Positions 39,538 through 48,452 of a stretch of DNA of 49,982 bases are shown here, one piece after another. Source of the stretch: Alphaproteobacteria bacterium. GTDB lineage: Bacteria > Pseudomonadota > Alphaproteobacteria > UBA6615. The notes under the pieces are model-generated. The model saw only the letters and a program-made list of their open reading frames with translations. It had not been told where the DNA came from and did not search any database. Positions within the stretch are counted from its first letter, which is position 1; each line of letters opens with the position of its first letter. A program made the position numbers and the translations under genes. The stretch is taken from contig JABDJY010000487.1 in NCBI GenBank assembly GCA_013003285.1, positions 1 to 49,982 on the forward strand, read 5' to 3'.

Positions 39538-40062
39538 CTAGAACCACAGGATATTGGGGAAGAACGGGTTTTGCGGCAGCACGACCTGTAGCCACACCCG
39601 AAGGATATTGTAGAAAATCAGCGGCACACCGATGCTGATGGCGGCGCCGGCCATAAAATGGCGATTGCCGTAGAAGGTCGATAAACCGGCCAACAGGATG
39701 ATCGACGACAGCACAAAGCCCAGCTGCGGCATGACCAGCGCGAGCAACAAGAACCCGGCCAGGGTCACCAAGACGTTGGTGACCGCCTCCTTGTCGAGAT
39801 TGAGGATGCGGTTTTCCTCGACCAGCACCCGCGCGCGCCAGATCAGCCAGACGCCGGTGATGACGAATAGAATGGCGACCAGGCGCGGGAAGAAATCGGG
39901 ATCGAGACCCGACGGTTTCTGGCCGAACAATAGTCGCGGCCGCTCCACCTGGTCGGGCGTGATGATAAAGAGGACAATGCCGATGACGATGCCCAGGATG
40001 CCAAACACGGTGTTAAAGTTCACCACGCCCCGTGACGCCGGGCGGTCGCCGGTATCAGACAT
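39538..40062 (-). CDS. tctB: tripartite tricarboxylate transporter small membrane protein
   Basis: 174 aa, four predicted TM helices, immediately upstream of tctA. Confidence 0.75.
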   Translation of the reverse strand: MSDTGDRPASRGVVNFNTVFGILGIVIGIVLFIITPDQVERPRLLFGQKPSGLDPDFFPRLVAILFVITGVWLIWRARVLVEENRILNLDKEAVTNVLVTLAGFLLLALVMPQLGFVLSSIILLAGLSTFYGNRHFMAGAAISIGVPLIFYNILRVWLQVVLPQNPFFPNILWF

Positions 40063-40114
40063 CCTCTATTCGCCTCCCTGCACGGCCGCATTATCGCGGC
40101 CGCTTTATCGTTAC

Positions 40115-41176
40115 TTACTTTGCCGCCAACGCCGCCGACGGATCGTTGCGCGGTAGCGTGACCGGCTCGCCCAATTCATCGGACAAATCGGCCGCGGTAT
40201 ACACATCCATCACCAGCCGAGCCTCGTCGGGCTTCACCATGACCGGTCGGTCGTAGACCACCGCTTCGACGAAATGGATGGTCTCGTCGGCCATGGGGCC
40301 GGCAAACACATGGTCGACCGGCTCACCCGGCATCGATGACATGGGGTATCGTATCCCGTGTTCGGTGGTGTTGAACTGCACTTCCTTGTGAGTGTCGTCG
40401 ATGGTCAAGGCGCCATCGGTGCCCACCACTTCGATCCAGCACTGGGAATAGTTGGGATAGCCGATGGGCAGGATCCAACCGGCGCCGACGGTAATCGTCG
40501 TGCCGTCATCCATGGTCACCATGATCCATTGATGGTCCGGGGTCTCGCTGTTTCGCTTGAACAGTTTGCCGGCCGTCTGGGAATAGACCCGGATCGGCTT
40601 GCGCGGCTGCAGCGCCCACAACAGAAAGTCGAGATCGTGCGTGGCTTCCATCGCCGCCGGCGACAGCTTCGAGCGGCCGGTGATCTTGGTGCCGAGCTCG
40701 CGCGTCACGTTGCGGCTGATCAGGCAGGTCACCGGGTCGCCGATCAGGCCTTCCTTTAGCGCCTTGTTTACATAAGCGAATTTCGGCTTGAAGCGCTGTG
40801 AGTAACCAACGGTGAATTTCAAATTCTTGGCTTCGGCCAGGGCGATCACTTCGTCGGCTTCGGCGATGGTCGTCGAAACGGGTTTTTCGACGAACACATG
40901 CTTGCCGGCCTCCAGCGACGCTTTGATCATCGGGTAATGGGTCGATTCCGGCGTTGCTGAAATGACGATGGCTTCGATGTCGTCATTCTTTAACAGCTCT
41001 TCCCAATCGGTCGTCGCAGATACGGGGTTGGTCTCGTCCTTCACCTCGGCCAGACGCTCGGGGTTGATCTCCGCGATATGTAATTCGTCGATCAGCGGGC
41101 TACGGGCGCAAGCGTTTGCGCGAATGCCACCGGTCCAGCCGGTGCCGATAACCCCAACGTTGATTTGCTTTATCAT
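40115..41176 (-). CDS. Gfo/Idh/MocA family oxidoreductase
   Basis: VGVIGTGWTGGIRA Rossmann, VFVEKP motif, 353 aa. First gene of the minus-strand unit that continues into tctBAC. Confidence 0.85.
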   Translation of the reverse strand: MIKQINVGVIGTGWTGGIRANACARSPLIDELHIAEINPERLAEVKDETNPVSATTDWEELLKNDDIEAIVISATPESTHYPMIKASLEAGKHVFVEKPVSTTIAEADEVIALAEAKNLKFTVGYSQRFKPKFAYVNKALKEGLIGDPVTCLISRNVTRELGTKITGRSKLSPAAMEATHDLDFLLWALQPRKPIRVYSQTAGKLFKRNSETPDHQWIMVTMDDGTTITVGAGWILPIGYPNYSQCWIEVVGTDGALTIDDTHKEVQFNTTEHGIRYPMSSMPGEPVDHVFAGPMADETIHFVEAVVYDRPVMVKPDEARLVMDVYTAADLSDELGEPVTLPRNDPSAALAAK

Positions 41177-41272
41177 TCTTCTCCATCCCCGTGTTGCGCA
41201 ACCCTTACAAGCATCGATTGAGTGGGCACGAGCCTGTTGAGTGCGTATTTGCTGTTAGGCCGAACTTAGCGA

Positions 41273-41286
41273 GTCTTATATAAGAC
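41273..41286. promoter_or_regulatory. perfect 14-bp palindrome GTCTTATATAAGAC, candidate HutC/GntR operator
   Basis: Self-complementary. 87 nt upstream of the Gfo/Idh/MocA start at 41176, with near-copies at 32072 and 37891. Confidence 0.55.
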
Positions 41287-41358
41287 CGCAAGCGGCGGCA
41301 TTAATCATCGATCGGTTGGACGCTATCGAACACTGCCCATCTCTGGCAAGGGGGGCGA

Positions 41359-42192
41359 TTAGAATCCGTCGCGGTCGCGCCACATGGTCTCACCGACATT
41401 GCACGGCGGACTGATGCGCGCCGAACTATCAGCCTGTACTTTGGTCGGTCCGAAATGCCATTGAGGCGCCGGTTGCAAATCGGCAATTTCGAGGACCAGT
41501 TTACGGCGCACCGCCCGGGCGAAGTCGTTGAAATCGGCGGCGACCACCAGAAAGGCGCCGGTGCCGCCGATTACACAATTGCGGTAGTACAGATCGAGAT
41601 TGGCGATATTAAAGCGTGAAAACGGGCCGCCGCCCGGATCGAGGATCGGCAAGCCGTTGATCGTTATCCCCGCCGCGACGGCCCGGTCGCGGGCGATGGT
41701 GACTAAATTGCCCCAATTGTTCGGCCCATCGCCGGAGATATCGATCACCCGGCGCGTGCCTTCGAAACCGTTACCGTCGAACCAGGGTTGGGCGAACTCG
41801 ATGGCGCCGCTGATCGAGGTGCGGCTGGCGGATAAAGGGAGGTCCTGTTGCAACCTATCGGCAAAGGCGTTGGCGCTGGCGGCGCCGTCGATGACCGTCC
41901 AATCGACGATGATGTTGGCATGACCGAAGCCGGCCCATTCGTAGTAGCCCACGGCGATACGGCCCAGAATGCCGGTCTCGATGGCTTCGATCAGTTCGGG
42001 ATCGCGGAATGCCTGAATATAGCCCTGGCGTTGCAGCCGCGCTTCGCCCGCATCGATGCTGCGCGAGACGTCGATGCCGAGCGCCAACTCCAGATCGACG
42101 GCGGTTTGCGCCTGGGCTGGAACGGCGAACAGACTCGTCAATAGCAGGAGCCAAATGGCACGATTGAAAACCCGCTGGCGGTTCACTGTCAT
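41359..42192 (-). CDS. DUF1194 (vWA-like) domain protein, secreted
   Basis: Signal peptide ..LLLLTSLFAVPAQA, then LELALGIDVSRSID..., RRVIDISGDGPNN, GITINGLPIL, characteristic of DUF1194. Confidence 0.8.
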   Translation of the reverse strand: MTVNRQRVFNRAIWLLLLTSLFAVPAQAQTAVDLELALGIDVSRSIDAGEARLQRQGYIQAFRDPELIEAIETGILGRIAVGYYEWAGFGHANIIVDWTVIDGAASANAFADRLQQDLPLSASRTSISGAIEFAQPWFDGNGFEGTRRVIDISGDGPNNWGNLVTIARDRAVAAGITINGLPILDPGGGPFSRFNIANLDLYYRNCVIGGTGAFLVVAADFNDFARAVRRKLVLEIADLQPAPQWHFGPTKVQADSSARISPPCNVGETMWRDRDGF

Positions 42193-42196
42193 ACCA

Positions 42197-43378
42197 CTAA
42201 ATCAGCGGCGTGGCCGGGTCGAGGCCGAAGGCGACCCGACCGTAGGTGGTGCCGGCGACGTCCCAGTTCAGCGCCACATGCCCGCCGATGGCGTGAATAT
42301 CGCGGAATTTACGCTGCATCTCATTGTCGAGAAATATGCTGTTAGCGCCGGCGGCGGTGAACAGCCGATCGATAGCGCGCCGGCACAGCGTGACCAAATA
42401 GGCTTGATCGCGGCGTCCGCGGGCGCGTTCCTGCACCGTCAGTTCCCGCCCGGCCCGCATGGCCGCCATTGCCTCGCGGCAATCGCGCAACATCAGCAAG
42501 CGGGCGCTGTCGATTTCGGTGGCGGCCTCGGCCACATGCATCTGCATGGTCGGCAATTCACTGATGGCGCCGGTGCGCATGCTGCGCCCGCCCAGGGTTT
42601 TGATATGTAGTGCCAGCAGGCTTTCCGCCACGCCGAGCGCCGGCGCAGCGAGCATGAACGGCACGGACCCGGTGCGGGGCAAACAAAACAACGGCGGTAC
42701 ATTGCGCTTCAGGCGTCCGGCCGAATCTTCGTTGGTCTCGACCATGGAAAATGTCCGGTGGTCCGGTACGAAGGCGTCTTCGATGACGAGATTTTTCGAC
42801 CCGGTGCCGGCCAGACCCATCACGTGCCAATTATCGTCGATGGTCACATCGGCGCGCGGCACCAGGCAGAACGAGGCTTCGACGCCATCGCCGCCGGGCT
42901 TCGGCAGCAGCGCCACCACCATCAACCAGTCGGCATGGTCACAGCCGCTCGACCAGCCCCAGGTGCCGCTAAGCTGCCAACCGCCGTCGGCCCGCTCGAC
43001 ATTTCCCGATGGCGTAAATCCGGCCGAGACCAGGGCGTCGGGATTGTCGCCCCATATGTCATCGGCGGCGCGGGGGTCGAACATGCCGATGGTGATGGCG
43101 TGGTCGTTATAGACGCCGCATACCCAGGCGGTGGAGGCACAGCCACGGGCCAGCCGGGAGACCGCTTCGACGGATTCATCCAGCGGTAATTCGCCGCCGC
43201 CAAGCCGGCGCGGTTGTCCCATGCGCAACAATCCGGCGTCGCGTAGGGCGGCGATGTTCTCGGCTGGTACCGACCGGGACGCTTCGGTTTCCGCCGCGCG
43301 AGCTTGAAGCGCCGGGACCAAGGCTTCGGCCGCCGCGATAGCGTCGGTGTCCGGCGTCTCTATGGCAGCGGTCGACAA
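42197..43378 (-). CDS. acyl-CoA-dehydrogenase-fold flavin-dependent monooxygenase (group D, HpaH-C2/DszC-like oxygenase component)
   Basis: 393 aa. ..IAALRDAGLLRM.QPRR.GG.E.., ..GGW.LSGTWGWSSG.. and a C-terminal helical domain typical of ACAD-like hydroxylases rather than true acyl-CoA dehydrogenases. Confidence 0.7.
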   Translation of the reverse strand: MSTAAIETPDTDAIAAAEALVPALQARAAETEASRSVPAENIAALRDAGLLRMGQPRRLGGGELPLDESVEAVSRLARGCASTAWVCGVYNDHAITIGMFDPRAADDIWGDNPDALVSAGFTPSGNVERADGGWQLSGTWGWSSGCDHADWLMVVALLPKPGGDGVEASFCLVPRADVTIDDNWHVMGLAGTGSKNLVIEDAFVPDHRTFSMVETNEDSAGRLKRNVPPLFCLPRTGSVPFMLAAPALGVAESLLALHIKTLGGRSMRTGAISELPTMQMHVAEAATEIDSARLLMLRDCREAMAAMRAGRELTVQERARGRRDQAYLVTLCRRAIDRLFTAAGANSIFLDNEMQRKFRDIHAIGGHVALNWDVAGTTYGRVAFGLDPATPLI

Positions 43379-43401
43379 GGGCTCGCTCTCTTATCGCGCG
43401 G

Positions 43402-44337
43402 TTATGACGGCATACTGGCGGCGGGCGGTGTGCTCGGCTGGTCGGGATCGTCGATCGACCACAGGGCAAAGCCGGGGCTCTTGTCCCAGATGCGCGGCTC
43501 CCAATCGTCGTCCATGCAGTCCATGTCGGCGAAATATTCGGTATTGCCGCCACATGGATTGCGGAAATACCAATAGAGGTTTGACCCCAATATATGGCGG
43601 CCCGGGGTGGTGTCGGGCTCCCATCCCTGGCTTTTCATATAGGCGCCGCCCATCATAATTTCATCGAAATCACGCACCTCAAAGGCCGCGTGGTTGAACC
43701 CGGCGCCGCTTTCGCGTTGTAACAGGAACAGATTGTGATGGTCGCGGGAACCGGCGCAGCGCATGAAATCGCCACGGCCGACGGTGCTGTCCGACAGGCG
43801 GAAGCCCAACCGGTCGATATAGAACGATACGGCCCGATCGGCGCCCTCGGGCGCGATGTAGAAAACCACATGGCCGAGGCGCAGCGGTTGGGCCTGCGGG
43901 ATCGCGGCGACGGTGACGTTCAAGCGTTGGGCATTCTCATTCAAATTTACCTTCGGCATCTCCACCTTGACGTCGCCCGGCTGGCTGACGGCGAAGCCGA
44001 TGGAGAAACCACTCTCATCGACGGTGCTAATGCTGCCATCGGCGGCGCGCACCACGTCGCGATCTTTCGCCATCTCCGCGGCGATGGCCTCCAGATCGTC
44101 GGCTGAATCCACCCCCCAAACCGTTTGGCGCAAGGTCGATTTCTCGCCATCGGGTGCTGGCGGTAGCGACGGATCGTCCATGGGCAACAGGCGAATGGTT
44201 TGGCCAGTCGGGGTCCTGAAGAGCGCGCCGCTATCGCTGCGCTCGACCAATTCCAGTCCCCAATTTTCGTAATAGCGCGTGCCGGCCGCCAGATCGGCGA
44301 CCCCGTAAACCAGGGATTCGACGCGGTTGATCGGCAT
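43402..44337 (-). CDS. two-domain VOC-superfamily extradiol ring-cleavage dioxygenase
   Basis: ORF 43402-44400 trimmed to ATG 44337 (MPINRVESLVYGV). The second module LGHVVFY..(H), ..DHHNLFL..(H), ..NTEYFADMD (E) fits the type I extradiol metal triad. Confidence 0.78.
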   Translation of the reverse strand: MPINRVESLVYGVADLAAGTRYYENWGLELVERSDSGALFRTPTGQTIRLLPMDDPSLPPAPDGEKSTLRQTVWGVDSADDLEAIAAEMAKDRDVVRAADGSISTVDESGFSIGFAVSQPGDVKVEMPKVNLNENAQRLNVTVAAIPQAQPLRLGHVVFYIAPEGADRAVSFYIDRLGFRLSDSTVGRGDFMRCAGSRDHHNLFLLQRESGAGFNHAAFEVRDFDEIMMGGAYMKSQGWEPDTTPGRHILGSNLYWYFRNPCGGNTEYFADMDCMDDDWEPRIWDKSPGFALWSIDDPDQPSTPPAASMPS

Positions 44338-44435
44338 GGTGCTTACCCTTTCCGGTGATGGTCTATCGATGCCGGCGCCAACACCGCGCCCGCGTTGCAT
44401 CGATTATGGCAAATCAGCGGCCCGCAGACACGCGC

Positions 44436-44467
44436 AAAAATAGTAACCCTCTCCGAGCGGGAGAGGG
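44436..44467 (-). terminator. rho-independent terminator downstream of chvG
   Basis: Minus strand reads CCCTCTCC-CGCTC-GGAGAGGG, then TTACTATTTTTGCG. Lies 30 nt after the chvG stop. Confidence 0.6.
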
Positions 44468-44496
44468 TGGAGAGCGCTACCCGTTATCGGTGTTTG

Positions 44497-46137
44497 CTAA
44501 TCGCGAAGGCCAGCGGGGAGTTCGATGACAAACCGGGCACCGCAGATCATGCCGTCGGCGCGGCGGCGATTTTCGGCCCAGATGCGGCCGTCCGCCGCTT
44601 CCACGATCTGCCGCGAGATACTGAGGCCCAGGCCGGAATGGGTGCCGAATTTCTCACCCTTGCCGTCCGGACCTTCGATCGGCCGGTCGGAATAAAAGCG
44701 CTCGAAAATGGATTCGAGATTTTCCTGCCGGATGCCGGGGCCGTCATCTTCGATCGTTATCAGGACGATATCACCATCGCGATTATTGACCCGCTCGGCG
44801 CGCACGGTGATCTTGCCATCGGCCGGGCTGAACGACATGGCGTTGGCAATGATATTGCGGAACACCTGGCCGAGCCGGCTTTCCGATGCGCAGACGGTTA
44901 GGTCCGCACCCTCCTCCAAATGCCAGTCGATGGTGGCGCGGTCGCTCGACGCGATGCTGCGCTCAATATCGGTAAGCGCCGCCAACACCTGACGTATGTC
45001 GATCGGCGTCGGCACATCGCGGCTGAGTTCGGCATCCAGCCGCGAGGCGTCGGATATGTCGCTGATCAACCGGTCGAGCCGATGCACATCATCGACGATG
45101 ATCGACATGAGTCGCTTCTGCTGTTCCGGATCGTCGATCCGCGCGACGGTTTCCACCGCGCTGCGCAGCGAGGTCAGCGGGTTCTTGATTTCATGAGCGA
45201 CGTCGGCGGCGAACCGCTCGATCGCATCCATGCGCTGCCAAAGCGCCTCGGTCATGCCGCGTAGGTCGCGGCTCAACTCGCCGATTTCATCGCGCCGGCC
45301 AGTAAAATCGGGGATCACCGCATGGCGGCCGCGGCCGGTGCGAACCCGTTCGGCCGCCGCGGCCAGCCGGTTAATCGGCCGCGCGATGGTGCCGGCAAGA
45401 TAAAGCGACAGCAATACGGTCACGCCCAGGGCGACCGCGAACACTTGCAGAATATCGAGGCGAATGGCCCGCATGGCTTTTTCGACCTCGGCACCGCTGG
45501 TGGTCAGCATCAGCGCGCCGACCACTTGGCGGTAGCGCTGCACCGGCACGGCGACCGAGATCACCATGCCGCCAGTCTCATGGCGCCGGACGGCGGCGGC
45601 TTGGCCGCCGAACAATGCGCGCTGAACCTCGACATAGCTATTGGCGTTCGATGGGCTGGCCTCTTCATAGAGCGGCAGCTCGCTCTGGCCCGGTAACCAG
45701 TTGAGCAGGGCGGTGGTCTTCGCTTCGATCCAGTCGCCGATCCCGATTTCGCTTTCCGGCGGCGGCAATTCCTGCACCTGCACGAACCCGCGCGACAGGG
45801 TGACATATTGGGTGTCGGCCACCAGCACGCCGGTATTCACGAACAATCGAGCGCGGGTGTTGGTGGGGTCGGTCAAGCGGCGCAGCATCAGATTGGCCCG
45901 CACCGGTTCGATGCGCTGCCCGATGCCCGGCGATATGCCGACCGCGCCGGCCCCGACGGCGCCGGCGAAGACCTCGCCCTGGGTGCGCAGAGCGGCGATT
46001 TCGGAATCGATCAGGCTTTGCTGATATTGGTCGAGGAAGAAGAAGCTGCCAATGGGCACGATCAGGACCAGCAGGTTGATCGCCAGAATGCGCCGGGTGA
46101 GCGAGGTGGACGCACGCCGTTGCGCCAGCCACAACAA
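44497..46137 (-). CDS. chvG: ChvG/ExoS/BvrS-type sensor histidine kinase
   Basis: ..SLTRRILAINLLVLIVPIGSFFFLDQYQQSLIDSEI.. (ChvG-type N-terminal sensing domain), HAMP, H-box FAADVAHEIKNPLTSL, HATPase G boxes, downstream of chvI. The only canonical start is TTG 46137. The frame stays open 75 codons further upstream (see findings). Confidence 0.85.
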   Translation of the reverse strand: MLWLAQRRASTSLTRRILAINLLVLIVPIGSFFFLDQYQQSLIDSEIAALRTQGEVFAGAVGAGAVGISPGIGQRIEPVRANLMLRRLTDPTNTRARLFVNTGVLVADTQYVTLSRGFVQVQELPPPESEIGIGDWIEAKTTALLNWLPGQSELPLYEEASPSNANSYVEVQRALFGGQAAAVRRHETGGMVISVAVPVQRYRQVVGALMLTTSGAEVEKAMRAIRLDILQVFAVALGVTVLLSLYLAGTIARPINRLAAAAERVRTGRGRHAVIPDFTGRRDEIGELSRDLRGMTEALWQRMDAIERFAADVAHEIKNPLTSLRSAVETVARIDDPEQQKRLMSIIVDDVHRLDRLISDISDASRLDAELSRDVPTPIDIRQVLAALTDIERSIASSDRATIDWHLEEGADLTVCASESRLGQVFRNIIANAMSFSPADGKITVRAERVNNRDGDIVLITIEDDGPGIRQENLESIFERFYSDRPIEGPDGKGEKFGTHSGLGLSISRQIVEAADGRIWAENRRRADGMICGARFVIELPAGLRD

Positions 46138-46292
46138 TAACCACCGCGACCGCCGGAACGCACGCCGGCCCGCTTTGGCTGCCTTGCTGTGTTCCGGCGC
46201 CGGTTTTCTGGCCGTCGTTTCCGCCAGGTCGGTGTCGTGTTCGTATCCGGTACGGGCGTCCAGTGTTTCGACTCCCCCAAGAATGGCGTGGG

Positions 46293-47000
46293 TTAGCTTT
46301 CCTTGTAGCGGTAGCCAATGCCGTACAAGGTCTCGATCTGGGCAAACTCTGTGTCTACCTCTTTAAACTTTTTGCGCAGGCGCTTTATGTGGCTGTCGAT
46401 GGTGCGGTCATCCACATAGATGCTGTCGCCATAAGCCGCATCCATCAATTGATCGCGGCTCTTCACATGGCCCGGTCGCTGCGCCAGCGCCTGCAGGATC
46501 AGGAACTCGGTCACCGTCAGGGCAACTTCGCGTTCGCGCCACATGCAGCGATGGCGATTGGGGTCGAGCACCAACCCGGTGCGGCGGATGATTTTGCCAT
46601 CGCCGTCTTCGGTTGTCGCCTCGCCGTCGCCGTCGGCGTCGCCGCGGCGCAATACGGCGCGGATGCGTTCGATCAGCAATCGCTGCGAGAACGGCTTGGT
46701 GATGTAATCGTCGGCGCCCATGCGCAGGCCAATCACTTCGTCGATTTCGTCGTCCTTCGAGGTGAGGAAGATCACCGGCACGCCCGAGTCCTTGCGCAAG
46801 CGCCCGAGCAGTTCCATGCCATCCATGCGCGGCATCTTTATATCCAGGACCGCGAGATCGACCGGCTGGGCGGCGAGACCGCGCAGCGCTTCATCGCCAT
46901 CGGCGTAAGTGTCCACCTTGAACCCTTCGGCCTCCAGGGCGATTGACACCGAGGTCAGAATGTTACGGTCATCGTCGACCAACGCTATTGTCTGCGCCAT
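46293..47000 (-). CDS. chvI: OmpR-family response regulator ChvI
   Basis: [15 protein letters not shown].., [15 protein letters not shown]-terminal winged helix ..[13 protein letters not shown] 46293-47408 trimmed to ATG 47000 (235 aa). Confidence 0.92.
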   Translation of the reverse strand: MAQTIALVDDDRNILTSVSIALEAEGFKVDTYADGDEALRGLAAQPVDLAVLDIKMPRMDGMELLGRLRKDSGVPVIFLTSKDDEIDEVIGLRMGADDYITKPFSQRLLIERIRAVLRRGDADGDGEATTEDGDGKIIRRTGLVLDPNRHRCMWREREVALTVTEFLILQALAQRPGHVKSRDQLMDAAYGDSIYVDDRTIDSHIKRLRKKFKEVDTEFAQIETLYGIGYRYKES

Positions 47001-47243
47001 CGGAATTTCCTTACTAAACGTTTGCAGCATGTTGGTGCCTCCTAAGCCAGGATCACCGTGCTGCCTTATTATGGCGGATTTACGACTGGATTTGGGCCAT
47101 GATCGACCATAATTCAATGGTATCACGGGTTTGATAGTGTTGCATGCTTCACGATTTTGCCGCAGAAACCCACGGAAAAGTGAGTTATCTGCGACCGTGC
47201 GACACATTGCTGGTTGGCGGCGGAGGGCGTTAAGTCTCGATCC

Positions 47244-47858
47244 ATGAAGAAATCGACACGCATCGGCATACTCCTCGCCATCGTGGTTGTCGCGGTTATC
47301 GCCGGGATGGCCCAATGGTTGGTCATCCGCAACGATGACATCACCCAGAACGCTAACGGGTTGGTCACCAGCGTTGAGATCGGTGGGCCGTTTTCGCTGA
47401 CCGATCACACCGGGCGGCAGGTCACCGAGAAAGATTATCTGGGCAACTTCACCTTGGTCTTTTTCGGCTATACGTTTTGCCCGGATATCTGTCCCACCGA
47501 GTTGGGCGACATCGCGCTGGCCCTCGATGAGTTGGGTGATCTATCGCTGGCCGTGACGCCGGTGATGATTTCCATCGACCCGGAGCGCGACACGCCGCCG
47601 GTCCTGGCTGAGTATGTCTCCCTATTCCACGAGCGTCTGGTCGGACTGACCGGCACGGCGGAGCAGATCAAGGACGTCGCGGATGCCTATCGTATTTTCT
47701 TCCGGCGTGTCGACGATCCGGATTATTCGTACTATTTGATGGATCACACCTCGTTCGTTTATCTGCTCAACCCTGAGGGCGATGTGGTGTCGTTGCTGCG
47801 CTATGGCACGCCGCCGGAAGAGATGGCGTCGTTGATCCGCCGGCAGCTGCGCAGTTAG
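47244..47858 (+). CDS. SCO1/SenC (PrrC) copper chaperone / thiol-disulfide oxidoreductase
   Basis: N-terminal TM anchor, thioredoxin fold with [11 protein letters not shown] (CxxxC) and a downstream conserved His (MDHTS). Confidence 0.9.
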   Translation: MKKSTRIGILLAIVVVAVIAGMAQWLVIRNDDITQNANGLVTSVEIGGPFSLTDHTGRQVTEKDYLGNFTLVFFGYTFCPDICPTELGDIALALDELGDLSLAVTPVMISIDPERDTPPVLAEYVSLFHERLVGLTGTAEQIKDVADAYRIFFRRVDDPDYSYYLMDHTSFVYLLNPEGDVVSLLRYGTPPEEMASLIRRQLRS

Positions 47859-47864
47859 GACCAG

Positions 47865-48392
47865 GTGATATTAATGCCGCTTTTCAGAAAATTTACCGCG
47901 ATAGTATTTCTCGCCCTTTTAGCTGGTAGCGCGGCGCAGGCCGATAATGATGTCCAGGGCGAACTGACAATCGTCCACCCCTGGTCGCGTGCGACCGCGC
48001 CGTCGCAAAAGGCTGGTGGCGTTTTCCTGAAAATCCAGAATGCCGGCGATCAGCCAGATCGCCTGATCGCAATCGAATCTGAGATGGCCGATGTGGCTTC
48101 CCTGCACACCACGATTCGCGATGGCGACGTTATGAAGATGCGGCCGGTGAAAGAGGGCATTATTGTGCCGGCGAAGGGCGAAGCCGAGCTGGCGCCAGGC
48201 GGACAGCATATCATGCTGATCGGTCTGCGCGAGCGATTGGTCAAGCAAACGACGTTTCCGCTGACGTTGATTTTTGAACGTGCCGGACGCGTTGAAATTG
48301 TCGCTTCCGTTGAGGCCGCTGGCGCGCGCGCGCCTTCAGGTGCGGTTGGCGATCACGGCCAGCACGGCGCGGCGGCCGGCCCGGCAAAATAG
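47865..48392 (+). CDS. periplasmic copper chaperone PCu(A)C (DUF461)
   Basis: Signal peptide, HPWSRAT, ..LHTT..DGDVMKMRPV.., GGQHIMLIGL (H(M)x10Mx21HxM-type Cu(I) site). Start is GTG 47865 or ATG 47874. Confidence 0.85.
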   Translation: MILMPLFRKFTAIVFLALLAGSAAQADNDVQGELTIVHPWSRATAPSQKAGGVFLKIQNAGDQPDRLIAIESEMADVASLHTTIRDGDVMKMRPVKEGIIVPAKGEAELAPGGQHIMLIGLRERLVKQTTFPLTLIFERAGRVEIVASVEAAGARAPSGAVGDHGQHGAAAGPAK

Positions 48393-48452
48393 CGAATTAT
48401 CGCTTTAGAACGGTTCAATCTTGCCGGCGTCTGCTTTAGTGTCTGCGCCGCT

